Notes under the pieces: model-generated | Told to the model about the DNA's origin: nothing | The model's input: the letters and a program-made list of their open reading frames with translations, nothing else | Databases searched by the model: none | Made by a program: the position numbers and the translations under genes | In this document: piece after piece, positions 37,574-49,684 of the stretch | Layout of the letters: each line of letters opens with the position of its first letter | Position numbering within the stretch: position 1 is the first letter of the stretch | Assembly: GCA_038064015.1 (NCBI GenBank) | Contig: JBBTUB010000012.1 | Span: 1 to 51,479, forward strand | Source of the DNA: Patescibacteria group bacterium | GTDB taxonomy: Bacteria; Patescibacteriota; Minisyncoccia; 2-02-FULL-40-12; IGHO2-01-FULL-4-A | DNA: 51,479 nucleotides | Direction: 5' to 3'

Positions 37574-37990
37574 ATGGACATGCGAGGCGATGAAGATGAA
37601 CTGAAGTACCAGGTCATCTACGGCCATGCGAATTCTCCGAACTATTATGGCGATATCGTCAGAGGACTTTTCGTCGCCGCTGATGTAATTATTCTATTAG
37701 CCCTGCCATTTTTTTATCCGAGGCTCCATGTTCCCGTCATCGTTCCGGTGACTGGCGTGATTATTTCAGGCCTCGCGGCGGGGTTAACGAGCGCCAGATT
37801 TAAATGGACCCTTGGTGCCAATACGCTGATCTCTGTCGTGGCATTGGCGCTTCTCGAATACTGCGCGCTCATGAATTATCGATCACCGTCGATGAGTACG
37901 GTGTATCTATTTTTGAATCAGGTCCTCGTACTGCTCTATTTTTTCGCGCTCTATTATAGCGTGCAGACACTGCGAAAGTGGATGAAATAA
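37574..37990 (+). CDS. hypothetical polytopic membrane protein
   Basis: 138 aa with about 4 hydrophobic helices. Confidence 0.5.
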   Translation: MDMRGDEDELKYQVIYGHANSPNYYGDIVRGLFVAADVIILLALPFFYPRLHVPVIVPVTGVIISGLAAGLTSARFKWTLGANTLISVVALALLEYCALMNYRSPSMSTVYLFLNQVLVLLYFFALYYSVQTLRKWMK

Positions 37991-37996
37991 GCTGGG

Positions 37997-38070
37997 CGGG
38001 GACGACGGGACTCGAACCCGCGACCTCTTCCGTGACAGGGAAGCGCTCTAACCAATTGAGCTACGTCCCC
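37997..38070 (-). tRNA. tRNA-Asp (anticodon GUC)
   Basis: GGGGACG acceptor, anticodon arm CTTCC-CTGTCAC-GGAAG, T arm GCGGG-TTCGAGT-CCCGT, discriminator G. Confidence 0.9.
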
Positions 38071-38105
38071 AGCACCGATATCCTAGCGTATTTTTTGACA
38101 GAACG

Positions 38106-38840
38106 CTAGTCGGGGATAATCAGTGACCCGATGGATTCACCCTGGAGGGCCTTGGCGATGTTGCCTTTCTTGAGAATATTGAGAACACGAATTGGCATTT
38201 TATTTTCTCCGGCAAGGGTCACGGCGGTGCGATCAAGGATACCGAGCTTTTGAGTGATGAAATCGTGTTGAGAAATTTGTTCGATGAACACCGAATCCTG
38301 GTGCGCGTTCGGATCCTTACTGTAGACTCCGTCCACTTTGGTGCCTTTGATGACGATTTCAGCTTCAAGCTCAATGGCGCGCAAGACAGCGGCAGTATCG
38401 GTGGTAAAGCGGGGATTGGCGCTACCTCCGGCAAGCACCACAATCCGGCCCTTATCCATGTGAGCCATCGCGCGGCGGCGGATGTAGGGCTCGGTGAATG
38501 CGCGAACCTCCACGGCGCTCATCACGCGGATTTCGAGGCCATGTGTTTTTTCAAGAAAATCCTGCAAGATAATGCCGTTGATCACGGTCGCGAGCATTCC
38601 CGCCTGGTCGGCGATGATGGGGCTGCTCCCGATGTCTCCCACGAGACGAGAGCCGCGAATCAGATTACCTCCGCCGATCACGATCGCGATCTGACAGTCG
38701 GTGGTTTTCACCGCATCATGAATCTCATGAGCGATAAACTGGATCGCCTCCTTATCAAACCCCGTCTTGCCGTTGCCGCTCATCACTTCGCCGCTGATCT
38801 TCAAAAGTACCCGCTTCAGAGCCGATGTTTGTTTTTTCAT
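38106..38840 (-). CDS. pyrH: UMP kinase
   Basis: RVLLKISGE, IVIGGGN and TTDTAA motifs; 244 aa. Confidence 0.95.
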   Translation of the reverse strand: MKKQTSALKRVLLKISGEVMSGNGKTGFDKEAIQFIAHEIHDAVKTTDCQIAIVIGGGNLIRGSRLVGDIGSSPIIADQAGMLATVINGIILQDFLEKTHGLEIRVMSAVEVRAFTEPYIRRRAMAHMDKGRIVVLAGGSANPRFTTDTAAVLRAIELEAEIVIKGTKVDGVYSKDPNAHQDSVFIEQISQHDFITQKLGILDRTAVTLAGENKMPIRVLNILKKGNIAKALQGESIGSLIIPD

Positions 38841-38842
38841 AG

Positions 38843-38914
38843 TGCCGGCGAAAAGAGTCGAACTTTTGTCTGGTCGTTATGAGTGACCTGTTCTAACCGT
38901 TGAACTACGCCGGC
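38843..38914 (-). tRNA. tRNA with CAU anticodon (elongator Met, or Ile2 if lysidinylated)
   Basis: Acceptor GCCGGCG/CGCCGGC, anticodon loop CTCATAA (A31-C39 mismatch), T arm AAAAG-TTCGACT-CTTTT, discriminator A. Confidence 0.85.
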
Positions 38915-39591
38915 TTTCGTGCATCTAAAAACCCCGATATTAGCCCTAGTATTCTATACAATAAATCGGTTCCTTTCAACATTCGAAGCCGAAAGGTACC
39001 AAAATATTCGTCGTGGTTTTCGTAGCGCTTGTTTTGTTTTGATTGTAAGAAAACAGTACTCTGGAAACGATCAAGAGGAAGTTTAAGATATGTGGCCCAA
39101 TATTCCTTGATCTTGCGATCGCGAGATTTGTGAATTTTATTAATGGAAACCCTGAAGGTAAAGTTGTTGGGCGAAAGAGAAAAAAATCTATAAAACCAAT
39201 GCAACATGAACTTGATGACTTCAGGATCGGAATTCACAAAATCAATATTGCGATTCTTCTTCGATCCCTCGGCTAAATACAGCATCAAACCTGCGACAAA
39301 GTATTCTTCCTTGGAAATATTTTGAAAAACTTCTTTTCCTTCTTGGCGATATAATTCTATTCTCGCAAGTCGCTTCTTCTTATTAACTAAAGCGCCATTG
39401 AGTTGTCCTTGCCGGACCGCGCCCTGTTTAAGTTGCGTGAGTGCTTCATTTTGTTCTTTAGTTAGTTCAATATCCCTACACCAATAACTAATCGTGCTCT
39501 TGGGCATCTTGAGTAGGCGAGCTATGTCTTTGATGCTTCTGCCGTTTTTGCGTAATTTCCTTGCTTGAATTCTTATCTGTGATTTTGCCAT
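38905..39591 (-). CDS. free-standing HTH + LAGLIDADG-like putative homing endonuclease
   Basis: N-terminal HTH (GRSIKDIARLLKMPKSTISYW), a single LAGLIDADG-like motif YFVAGLMLYLAEGSKKN, AT-rich codons, and a stop codon inside the 5' end of the tRNA. Confidence 0.5.
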   Translation of the reverse strand: MAKSQIRIQARKLRKNGRSIKDIARLLKMPKSTISYWCRDIELTKEQNEALTQLKQGAVRQGQLNGALVNKKKRLARIELYRQEGKEVFQNISKEEYFVAGLMLYLAEGSKKNRNIDFVNSDPEVIKFMLHWFYRFFSLSPNNFTFRVSINKIHKSRDRKIKEYWATYLKLPLDRFQSTVFLQSKQNKRYENHDEYFGTFRLRMLKGTDLLYRILGLISGFLDARKPA

Positions 39592-39646
39592 ACCCTAGAG
39601 TTATTATACTGATGTTAGTATAGCACGGGTACAGAAATAGATAAAG

Positions 39647-39674
39647 TTGATAACTTTCTGGGGTGTGCTATGCT
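39647..39674 (+). promoter_or_regulatory. promoter for tRNA-fMet (TTGATA-16-TGcTATGCT)
   Basis: TTGATA at 39647-52 and an extended -10 TGCTATGCT ending at 39674, 16 nt before the tRNA 5' end. Confidence 0.45.
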
Positions 39675-39690
39675 GTAACCAGTTACCAAT

Positions 39691-39969
<279 letters not shown>

Positions 39970-39980
39970 CAGTCGTTTAA

Positions 39981-40122
39981 CAATTCCTGCAAGGTGAAGT
40001 GGGTGAAATTCCCACGCTGTCGCGCAACGGTTATAGCCCGGTCCCATGCAGTGGTAATTATACCGCCCGCGTCAGGCACTTAGGTTTTTTATAACACAAG
40101 GATCCCGCCGCGGCGGGATTTA
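39981..40122 (+). promoter_or_regulatory. cobalamin (B12) riboswitch candidate plus downstream hairpin
   Basis: AAGGUGAAGUGGGUGAAAUUCCCACGCUGUCGCGCAACGGU (39991-40031) matches the conserved AAGGGAA..GGUGAAAAUCC...GCUGUCCCGCAACUGU core. A GUCAGGCAC B12-box-like element lies at 40071-79. Hairpin ATCCCGCCGCGGCGGGAT plus TTTAT ends at 40124, before ATG 40128. Confidence 0.6.
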
Positions 40123-40127
40123 TCGTT

Positions 40128-40658
40128 ATGGTGAAGTATCTTCTTGGCTGGTTAGTGGTATTCGCGATTCGTCTCATGCCGTTTCGTCCGGCTAATGTCG
40201 AGCCGCTCATGGCGACGCTGATGCCGTATTCCAAAAAATATGGCTGGATCGGTGGATTTGTTTTCGCGTTTTTCGGCATCGTACTGTTCGACGTGGCCAC
40301 CGGCAACGTCGGCCTCTGGACGTGGATCACGGGGGGAGTCTATGGGCTCATCGGTACCGGCGCGTACTTCTACTTCAGGAATCGCCCCGCCACCGCAAAG
40401 AATTTTGTCATCTTCAGCGTCCTCGGCACACTCGTCTTTGACGCGATCACGGGACTTGGCATCGGGCCGATCTTTTACGGCCAGCCTTTCATGCAGGCGC
40501 TGACAGGGCAGATCCCATTTACGCTCAGGCACCTTTTGGGTAACGTTGTGTTGGCGCTGTTCGTCGCTCCGGCAATCTATCGCTGGGTCGTTGAAAATCC
40601 CATATTCGCGACGCGGTTGCTCTGGAATCGGTTGGCACATCATGCTACCATACGGTAA
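40128..40658 (+). CDS. polytopic membrane protein, ECF S-component/DUF6580-like; putative corrinoid uptake
   Basis: About 6 TM helices and an N-terminal IRLMPFRPANVEPLMA motif. The function is inferred only from the upstream riboswitch candidate. Confidence 0.65.
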   Translation: MVKYLLGWLVVFAIRLMPFRPANVEPLMATLMPYSKKYGWIGGFVFAFFGIVLFDVATGNVGLWTWITGGVYGLIGTGAYFYFRNRPATAKNFVIFSVLGTLVFDAITGLGIGPIFYGQPFMQALTGQIPFTLRHLLGNVVLALFVAPAIYRWVVENPIFATRLLWNRLAHHATIR

Positions 40659-40832
40659 TGCGGTGGTATGTGGTAAGCCTGATCAGCACCGCACTCGCAG
40701 CGGGTATTGGGCTTGTGCTGATTATCTTAAATACGACGCCTGATAGCGCAGGAAACGGCATCAAAGCGCTTTTTTTCGTTACCCTGATACTTACCGTCGG
40801 TAGCATCATAGCACTGATCATCAATTCACTGT

Positions 40833-40855
<23 letters not shown>
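40658..40855 (+). CDS. hypothetical small membrane protein (2 TM)
   Basis: The ATG overlaps the upstream TAA (TAATG). Two hydrophobic helices. Confidence 0.4.
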
Positions 40856-44017
<3,162 letters not shown>

Positions 44018-44040
44018 GACCGAGTATGGTAGCTTGTAGG

Positions 44041-44059
44041 TAGCCCTTCGGGGGCTTTT
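44041..44059 (+). terminator. rho-independent terminator after gyrB
   Basis: AGCCC-TTCGG-GGGCT followed by TTTT. Confidence 0.55.
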
Positions 44060-44071
44060 TAGAACCAAGCA

Positions 44072-44257
44072 ATGTCAAAATTCATAGCATTTTTGAAAGA
44101 CGTGCGTGTGGAACTCGCCAAAGTAACCTGGCCAACACGCCAAGAGACGGTACGCTATACCCTGATTGTCATCGGGAGTAGTATCGCGGTGGCGATCTTT
44201 TTGGGTGCATGCGATCTGCTGTTCCAGTACCTTTTAAAAACTTTTGTTTTAAAATAA
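44072..44257 (+). CDS. secE: preprotein translocase subunit SecE
   Basis: 61 aa; FLKDVRVELAKVTWPTRQE followed by a single TM segment. Confidence 0.85.
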   Translation: MSKFIAFLKDVRVELAKVTWPTRQETVRYTLIVIGSSIAVAIFLGACDLLFQYLLKTFVLK

Positions 44258-44803
44258 ATGTCAAAACAAACAACAAGCGGTGAACGAAACTGGTACGCCC
44301 TCCACACCTACTCGGGCTACGAGGACAATGTTTCCCGCAACCTCAAGCAGCGCATCGAGTCGCTCGGGTATGAAGATAAGATTTTCAATGTGCTCGTTCC
44401 CAAAGAAAAGAAAATCAAGATCCGTGGCGGGAAGCGGGAAGTCTATGAAGAAAAAATCTACCCCGGGTATGTCCTGGTTGAGATGGTCGTGAGCGATGAT
44501 TCATGGTACGTCGTGCGCAATACGCCCAACGTCACGGGCTTCATCGGCGCCGGCGTCATCCCTACGCCGCTTTCCAACGAAGAAGTCGAAGGGCTCATGA
44601 AGCGCATGGGTGTCGATGAGCCCAAGTACAAGATTGAGATTGCGGTGGGGGATAATGTGAAGATCATGGACGGCCCATTCAAAGACTTTGACGGGCGCAT
44701 TTCCGAGATTGACGAGGAGCGCGGACGTGTTAAGGTGTTAGTCACGATGTTCGGCCGCGAAACCCCCGTAGAGCTCGATTTCCTCCAAGTTAAAAAACTA
44801 TAA
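44258..44803 (+). CDS. nusG: transcription termination/antitermination factor NusG
   Basis: [14 protein letters not shown] domain and a C-terminal KOW domain ([22 protein letters not shown]). Confidence 0.95.
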   Translation: MSKQTTSGERNWYALHTYSGYEDNVSRNLKQRIESLGYEDKIFNVLVPKEKKIKIRGGKREVYEEKIYPGYVLVEMVVSDDSWYVVRNTPNVTGFIGAGVIPTPLSNEEVEGLMKRMGVDEPKYKIEIAVGDNVKIMDGPFKDFDGRISEIDEERGRVKVLVTMFGRETPVELDFLQVKKL

Positions 44804-44805
44804 CC

Positions 44806-45228
44806 ATGGCAAAAGCAATCAAAACAATTATCAAGCTGCAGTTGGAAGCCGGCAAAGCGACTCCGGCTCCTCCCGTTGGTACGGCGCTCGGGCCACACGG
44901 GCTCAATATCGCCGACTTCGTAAAGAAGTTCAATGAGGCGACGCAGGAGAAGTTGGGGGAGATCGTCCCGATCGAGATTACGGTTTTCGAAGACCGCTCG
45001 TTTACGTTTATCATGAAGACGCCACCGGCGGCTTTCTTGATCCGCAAAGCCGCGGGACTCGAAAAAGGCTCAGCGGTACCCAATAAGAACAAAGTCGGCA
45101 AGATTACCAAGGATCAAGTCCGTGCGATCGCCGAGCAAAAAATGCCCGACCTCAACGCCAACGATGTCGAGCAAGCCATGAAAATCATCGAGGGAACTGC
45201 ACGAAGTATGGGAGTTGAAATAAAATAA
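44806..45228 (+). CDS. rplK: 50S ribosomal protein L11
   Basis: [35 protein letters not shown]. Confidence 0.97.
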   Translation: MAKAIKTIIKLQLEAGKATPAPPVGTALGPHGLNIADFVKKFNEATQEKLGEIVPIEITVFEDRSFTFIMKTPPAAFLIRKAAGLEKGSAVPNKNKVGKITKDQVRAIAEQKMPDLNANDVEQAMKIIEGTARSMGVEIK

Positions 45229-45234
45229 TCTGAC

Positions 45235-45795
45235 ATGGGAGTTAAAAACGATCGCTGGATACGAGAAATGGCTAAAAAGGGGATGATCAAGCCCTATGCC
45301 GAAAAGCAGGTTGGAAAAGGCAAGGTTTCATATGGCGTTTCATCCTATGGCTACGATGCGCGTATTGACCGCCAGTATAAAATTGCGACTGATATCAATA
45401 CAACCATCATAGATCCCAAGCATAGCGATCCAAAATCGTTTGTCGATTACGAAGGAAACTTTTGTCTCATTCCGCCACATTCGTTTGTGCTTGCGAAGAC
45501 CGTAGAATATTTCAAAATTCCACGCGACGTACTAGTTATTTGTCTCGGCAAATCCACCTATGCGCGCTGTGGCCTCATTGTAAATGTCACTCCACTTGAG
45601 CCAGAATGGGAAGGCTATGTAACCATGGAGATTTCCAATACCACGGCCCTGCCGGCGAAAATTTACAGCAACGAAGGCATTGCACAGTTTCTTTTTCTGG
45701 GCGCCGAGGAAATTTGTGAAGAGTCCTATGCGGATAAAAAAGGGAAGTACCAAAAACAACAAGGCATTGTAATGGCAAAGGTGCTCAAGAAGTAA
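45235..45795 (+). CDS. dcd: dCTP deaminase
   Basis: [31 protein letters not shown], and a C-terminal [11 protein letters not shown]. Confidence 0.9.
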   Translation: MGVKNDRWIREMAKKGMIKPYAEKQVGKGKVSYGVSSYGYDARIDRQYKIATDINTTIIDPKHSDPKSFVDYEGNFCLIPPHSFVLAKTVEYFKIPRDVLVICLGKSTYARCGLIVNVTPLEPEWEGYVTMEISNTTALPAKIYSNEGIAQFLFLGAEEICEESYADKKGKYQKQQGIVMAKVLKK

Positions 45796-46276
45796 GCCGC
45801 TCCAATGTGACGAATGAATACTCGAAAGGATTCTCGGCATCGGCTGGGAATTTTTTTTCTTCCGTGACGCGCCACTGAGCGGCCTCATAACTAGGAAAAT
45901 GGGCATCCCCGGGAAAATCTTTTTCAATCAAGGTCAAATACATCCGATTTGCAAGCGGCAGTGCTTGCTCAAAAATTTGCGCCCCGCCAATTATAAAAAC
46001 CTCTTGTTCTTCTTGGACAAGCCGCAGCGCATCTTCAAGTGAGCTTACAACCTCGCATCCCGGAATTACCAAATCCGCTTGTCGGGTAATGACCATGTTG
46101 CGACGCTGGGGAAGCGGCCTGCCAATTGAATCGTACGTCTTGCGACCCATGATAATTGGGTGACCGGAAGTAATTTCTTTAAAATGCTTTAGGTCCGCCG
46201 GAAGATTCCAGGGAAGCCTGTTATGATCTCCAATAACACGATTAGCGCCAAGAGCCGCAATAAGCGAAATTATCAT
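45785..46276 (-). CDS. folA: dihydrofolate reductase
   Basis: [52 protein letters not shown]. Confidence 0.9.
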   Translation of the reverse strand: MIISLIAALGANRVIGDHNRLPWNLPADLKHFKEITSGHPIIMGRKTYDSIGRPLPQRRNMVITRQADLVIPGCEVVSSLEDALRLVQEEQEVFIIGGAQIFEQALPLANRMYLTLIEKDFPGDAHFPSYEAAQWRVTEEKKFPADAENPFEYSFVTLERLTS

Positions 46277-47085
46277 ATTGCAATAGGCGCTTTAATAGAG
46301 GGGAGTGGATCGTAATTTTCTAACGTGAAATCCTCATATCTAAAATCAAAAATTGATTTTACTGCTGGATTTATCTTCATCGTGGGCAAGGCACGGGGAG
46401 TACGGCTCAATTGCTCATCAACCTGCTCAACGTGATTGAGGTAGATATGCACATCACCAAACGTGTGAACAAATTCTCCGAGCTTGAGTCCTGTGACTTG
46501 TGCCATCATCATCGTCAGCAGTGAATAGGAAGCAATGTTAAATGGAACTCCAAGAAAGACATCAGCGCTGCGTTGATACAGCTGACAAGAAAGCCTGCCG
46601 TTCACGACATAAAACTGGAACATGGTATGACAAGGCGGGGGAGCCGTCTTCGTGCCGCCAATGAGCTGTTGAAGGTCCGCCACATTCCAGCCGCTCACCA
46701 TAAGTCGCCTGGAGTCTGGATCTTTTTTTATCATTTCCTCTACCTGTGCGATTTGATTGATAGCGGTGCCATCGTACCCTTGCCATCGGATCCACTGTTT
46801 GCCGTAAATTGGACCGAGTTCGCCATGCTCATCCGCCCACTCATCCCAAATATGGACTCCGTGGTCGGTTAGGTATTTGATATTCGTATCACCCCTCAAA
46901 AACCATAGGAGCTCATAGATAATACCTTTCATAAAGACCTTTTTTGTCGTCATGAGCGGAAAGCCTTTTGAAAGATCATAGCGAACCTGGCGTCCAAACA
47001 CGCTTATGGTTCCGGTGCCTGTGCGATCTTCTTTTTTTACACCATGTGCCTTTATATCGTTCAATAAATCAAGGTATTGTTGCAT
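46273..47085 (-). CDS. thyA: thymidylate synthase (ThyA type)
   Basis: [39 protein letters not shown]. Confidence 0.97.
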   Translation of the reverse strand: MQQYLDLLNDIKAHGVKKEDRTGTGTISVFGRQVRYDLSKGFPLMTTKKVFMKGIIYELLWFLRGDTNIKYLTDHGVHIWDEWADEHGELGPIYGKQWIRWQGYDGTAINQIAQVEEMIKKDPDSRRLMVSGWNVADLQQLIGGTKTAPPPCHTMFQFYVVNGRLSCQLYQRSADVFLGVPFNIASYSLLTMMMAQVTGLKLGEFVHTFGDVHIYLNHVEQVDEQLSRTPRALPTMKINPAVKSIFDFRYEDFTLENYDPLPSIKAPIAI

Positions 47086-47123
47086 GGTTGGAGTATACCA
47101 AAGATCGTGATAAGCTCAAATCT

Positions 47124-47705
47124 ATGCAAAGTGGCAAATTCATTGTCCTCGAAGGCATCGACGGCTGCGGCAAGACCACGGTCGCCAAGCTCCTGGCACC
47201 GCGCCTCAAGGCGCTCGTCACCCGAGAGCCTACATCGATCGGAGCGGGAAGAAAAATTCACAACATCCTGCGCCATCGAGTCAAAGCACCGAGTCCTTTG
47301 GAATTTCAAAAGCTCTATATTGCCGACCGTGGCGAACATCTCAAGCGTGTCATCACCCCCGCCCTGGCCCAGGGCAAGAACGTGATTTGTCAGCGCTACT
47401 CGCTTTCTACCTTCGCTTTCGGCATGGCATTTGGTGTTGCCTATGATGATCTCAAGCATCGAGTACCTAAGCCGGATGTTACGTTTCTTCTTGATCTGCC
47501 AGCGAAAGAAGCGATGAAGCGCATCGCCAAGCGTAACCGGAGCAATGAGTATTTTGAAAAAACAAAAAAACTCGAAAAAGTGCGACGGCAGTATCGACTA
47601 CTTGCTAAGCGCAAAGAATTTGGGGAAATTGTCGTCCTCAACGCCCTACAAACGCCACGCATGTTGATATCGCAGATTGACGCAGTACTCTCGCGTAGAT
47701 CATAA
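47124..47705 (+). CDS. tmk: thymidylate kinase
   Basis: FIVLEGIDGCGKTT P-loop, DRGEH and LDLPAKEAMKRI. ATG 47124. Confidence 0.9.
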   Translation: MQSGKFIVLEGIDGCGKTTVAKLLAPRLKALVTREPTSIGAGRKIHNILRHRVKAPSPLEFQKLYIADRGEHLKRVITPALAQGKNVICQRYSLSTFAFGMAFGVAYDDLKHRVPKPDVTFLLDLPAKEAMKRIAKRNRSNEYFEKTKKLEKVRRQYRLLAKRKEFGEIVVLNALQTPRMLISQIDAVLSRRS

Positions 47706-47709
47706 TGAG

Positions 47710-48132
47710 TTGGTGAATACCAATAAATTATTAGCAGCATTTGCTTTTGCGCTGGCGGCATGCGGGACGTTTTGGTACGGAGTTGCCACGCAGGGGATTG
47801 CCGACCAGGCTTTCAATGAAACGGGACTCCAAGTTAGCTTTAGTAATTCGGAAGCCCAGGAGCCGGAAGAATCATGCATGCCCATGAGTGTTTCGATAAC
47901 GAGAACTCTTAAAAAAGGCTCGCAGGGAGATGATGTAAGGCAACTCCAGCGCTTCCTCACGCGAGACTATGCACTCGATCCCGAAGAGATCATGACTGGA
48001 TACTTTGGTGACCAGACGGTGCGCTGGGTGAAAGAATTCCAGCTTGACCAGCGACTCCCGCAAACCGGCATCCTGGATGCCGCAACCAATCAGGCGATCC
48101 AGCGGGAACTTGCGCTTGAATGCACGTATTAA
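47710..48132 (+). CDS. peptidoglycan-binding (PG_binding_1) domain lipoprotein
   Basis: Lipobox-like FALAAC. GSQGDDVRQLQRFLTRDYALDPEEIMTGYFGDQTVRWVKEFQLDQRLPQTGILD. Start TTG/GTG at 47710/47713 is uncertain. Confidence 0.7.
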   Translation: MVNTNKLLAAFAFALAACGTFWYGVATQGIADQAFNETGLQVSFSNSEAQEPEESCMPMSVSITRTLKKGSQGDDVRQLQRFLTRDYALDPEEIMTGYFGDQTVRWVKEFQLDQRLPQTGILDAATNQAIQRELALECTY

Positions 48133-48133
48133 T

Positions 48134-49666
48134 ATGAAATATGTTTTTGCAATCCTCGGTGCACTACTGATAGGAGTAATCCCTCTTTATGCCAAAACAG
48201 TCCAGGCAGATTACTTCGAAGGCCATGCGGGGCCGATTCAAACTGTCCCTGCCAACAGCGCCATCACCGGCGTTGGATACGGTTCTGACGATGAATATTC
48301 CATTATCGGGATCCGACAAGGAAAAATAAATCAGGATGGGACGATATCATTCGATCCGGCTCCCTGGAAAATTGCAACATTTGATTGCATCCGTTATACC
48401 AACGGCAATTGCGTAGAAGACGGTGTGCGTACGGGCTACGCTGCTGTTGCGCCAAGTTACAAGATTCTTTTTTCGGCTCCTAATAACAAGTATCTAACCG
48501 GTTGGTCATGGAGAAGTAATACCAGCGGCGGAAGACCGGGGGATAGCGGCTATCCTCGCCAAGCTTGTTTCTATCAGGAATACACCGATTATGATCCGGT
48601 AACAAAAGTCCTGGGCCAAAAACATGGTTGGGGAGATTCGTTCACAGGCACATGTGTTGACCGAGGATACCATCCCACAGATATTCGAGGAAAAGTATCG
48701 GCGGATCCCGGATATGTCATCACGGCATTGGCATTTAGAATTTCCAATGATGCAGACGGGGTATATAAAGTCAGCGAATTGCCAGTCTATGAGTCGTTTG
48801 GGACGGCGTATGGTATGGCGACTCCCACCCCAACTCCCACCCCAACCCCTACGCCCACTGTTCCGCCACCTTCTGCGGAGCCTTTGACTTGCACTCCAAA
48901 GATCCAAAACGCGAAGATTGGCCAGCAAATCCAGCTCCGCGCCTGGGGTGGAACGGGAAATTATAATTGGTTCGCCGCGGGAGGGTCTCCGCAGAGCGGT
49001 CATGAGAGAACATTTAGTGTTTCATATCAAAAAGCGGGGAATAAAGAAATTGCGGTACAAAGTGGAAGCGGAGCAAACTTAAAAACAGCTCGCTGTAAGG
49101 TCACGATTACGGCGACTGCTACCCCGACGCCAACTCCCACGGCGACCCCAACTGCCACGCCAACTATGACTCCCACCCCCACTCCGACACAAACCGCCAT
49201 TCCTACACCGACCAGGACACCGACGCCAACGCCGGTCCCGCCGCAAAGTCTTCGTGAAGGCGACGTGATTACTTCCTTTGTATATGACGGCAACCCCGAT
49301 ATCTTCATCATCAACGGGTTTTCCTATAAACGGCTTTTCTTGAATGAGATTATCTTCAGCTTTTACGGTCATCTCACCGGAGGATACCGGAATGTTAAGC
49401 AAGTATCTCCGTCCGTCCAGCGTGCCTATGTCTCCTCCGTGCTGTACCGAAATTGTGAAACCAATGATGCGCGCATCTGGGCCCTTGAAGTAACGGGCGA
49501 TGATACCGGCAAGCTGCACCACGTCAACATGTCGGGAACAAGCGCTACCCAGCAGGATCCGAATTTCTTTAGAAAAATCTTTTGTATCAATACCCGGGAA
49601 TACAACTGGTACCCCAAAAGCTCCACGGCATACACCTCACTCTCACAGATTCCAAATTATCGATAG
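48134..49666 (+). CDS. secreted multidomain protein with two Pro/Thr linkers
   Basis: Signal peptide MKYVFAILGALLIGVIPLYAKTVQA and three modules separated by (TP)n runs at about 48821-48860 and 49107-49240. No family recognised. Confidence 0.7.
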   Translation: MKYVFAILGALLIGVIPLYAKTVQADYFEGHAGPIQTVPANSAITGVGYGSDDEYSIIGIRQGKINQDGTISFDPAPWKIATFDCIRYTNGNCVEDGVRTGYAAVAPSYKILFSAPNNKYLTGWSWRSNTSGGRPGDSGYPRQACFYQEYTDYDPVTKVLGQKHGWGDSFTGTCVDRGYHPTDIRGKVSADPGYVITALAFRISNDADGVYKVSELPVYESFGTAYGMATPTPTPTPTPTPTVPPPSAEPLTCTPKIQNAKIGQQIQLRAWGGTGNYNWFAAGGSPQSGHERTFSVSYQKAGNKEIAVQSGSGANLKTARCKVTITATATPTPTPTATPTATPTMTPTPTPTQTAIPTPTRTPTPTPVPPQSLREGDVITSFVYDGNPDIFIINGFSYKRLFLNEIIFSFYGHLTGGYRNVKQVSPSVQRAYVSSVLYRNCETNDARIWALEVTGDDTGKLHHVNMSGTSATQQDPNFFRKIFCINTREYNWYPKSSTAYTSLSQIPNYR

Positions 49667-49684
49667 GAGTGCTAAGCTAATAGT

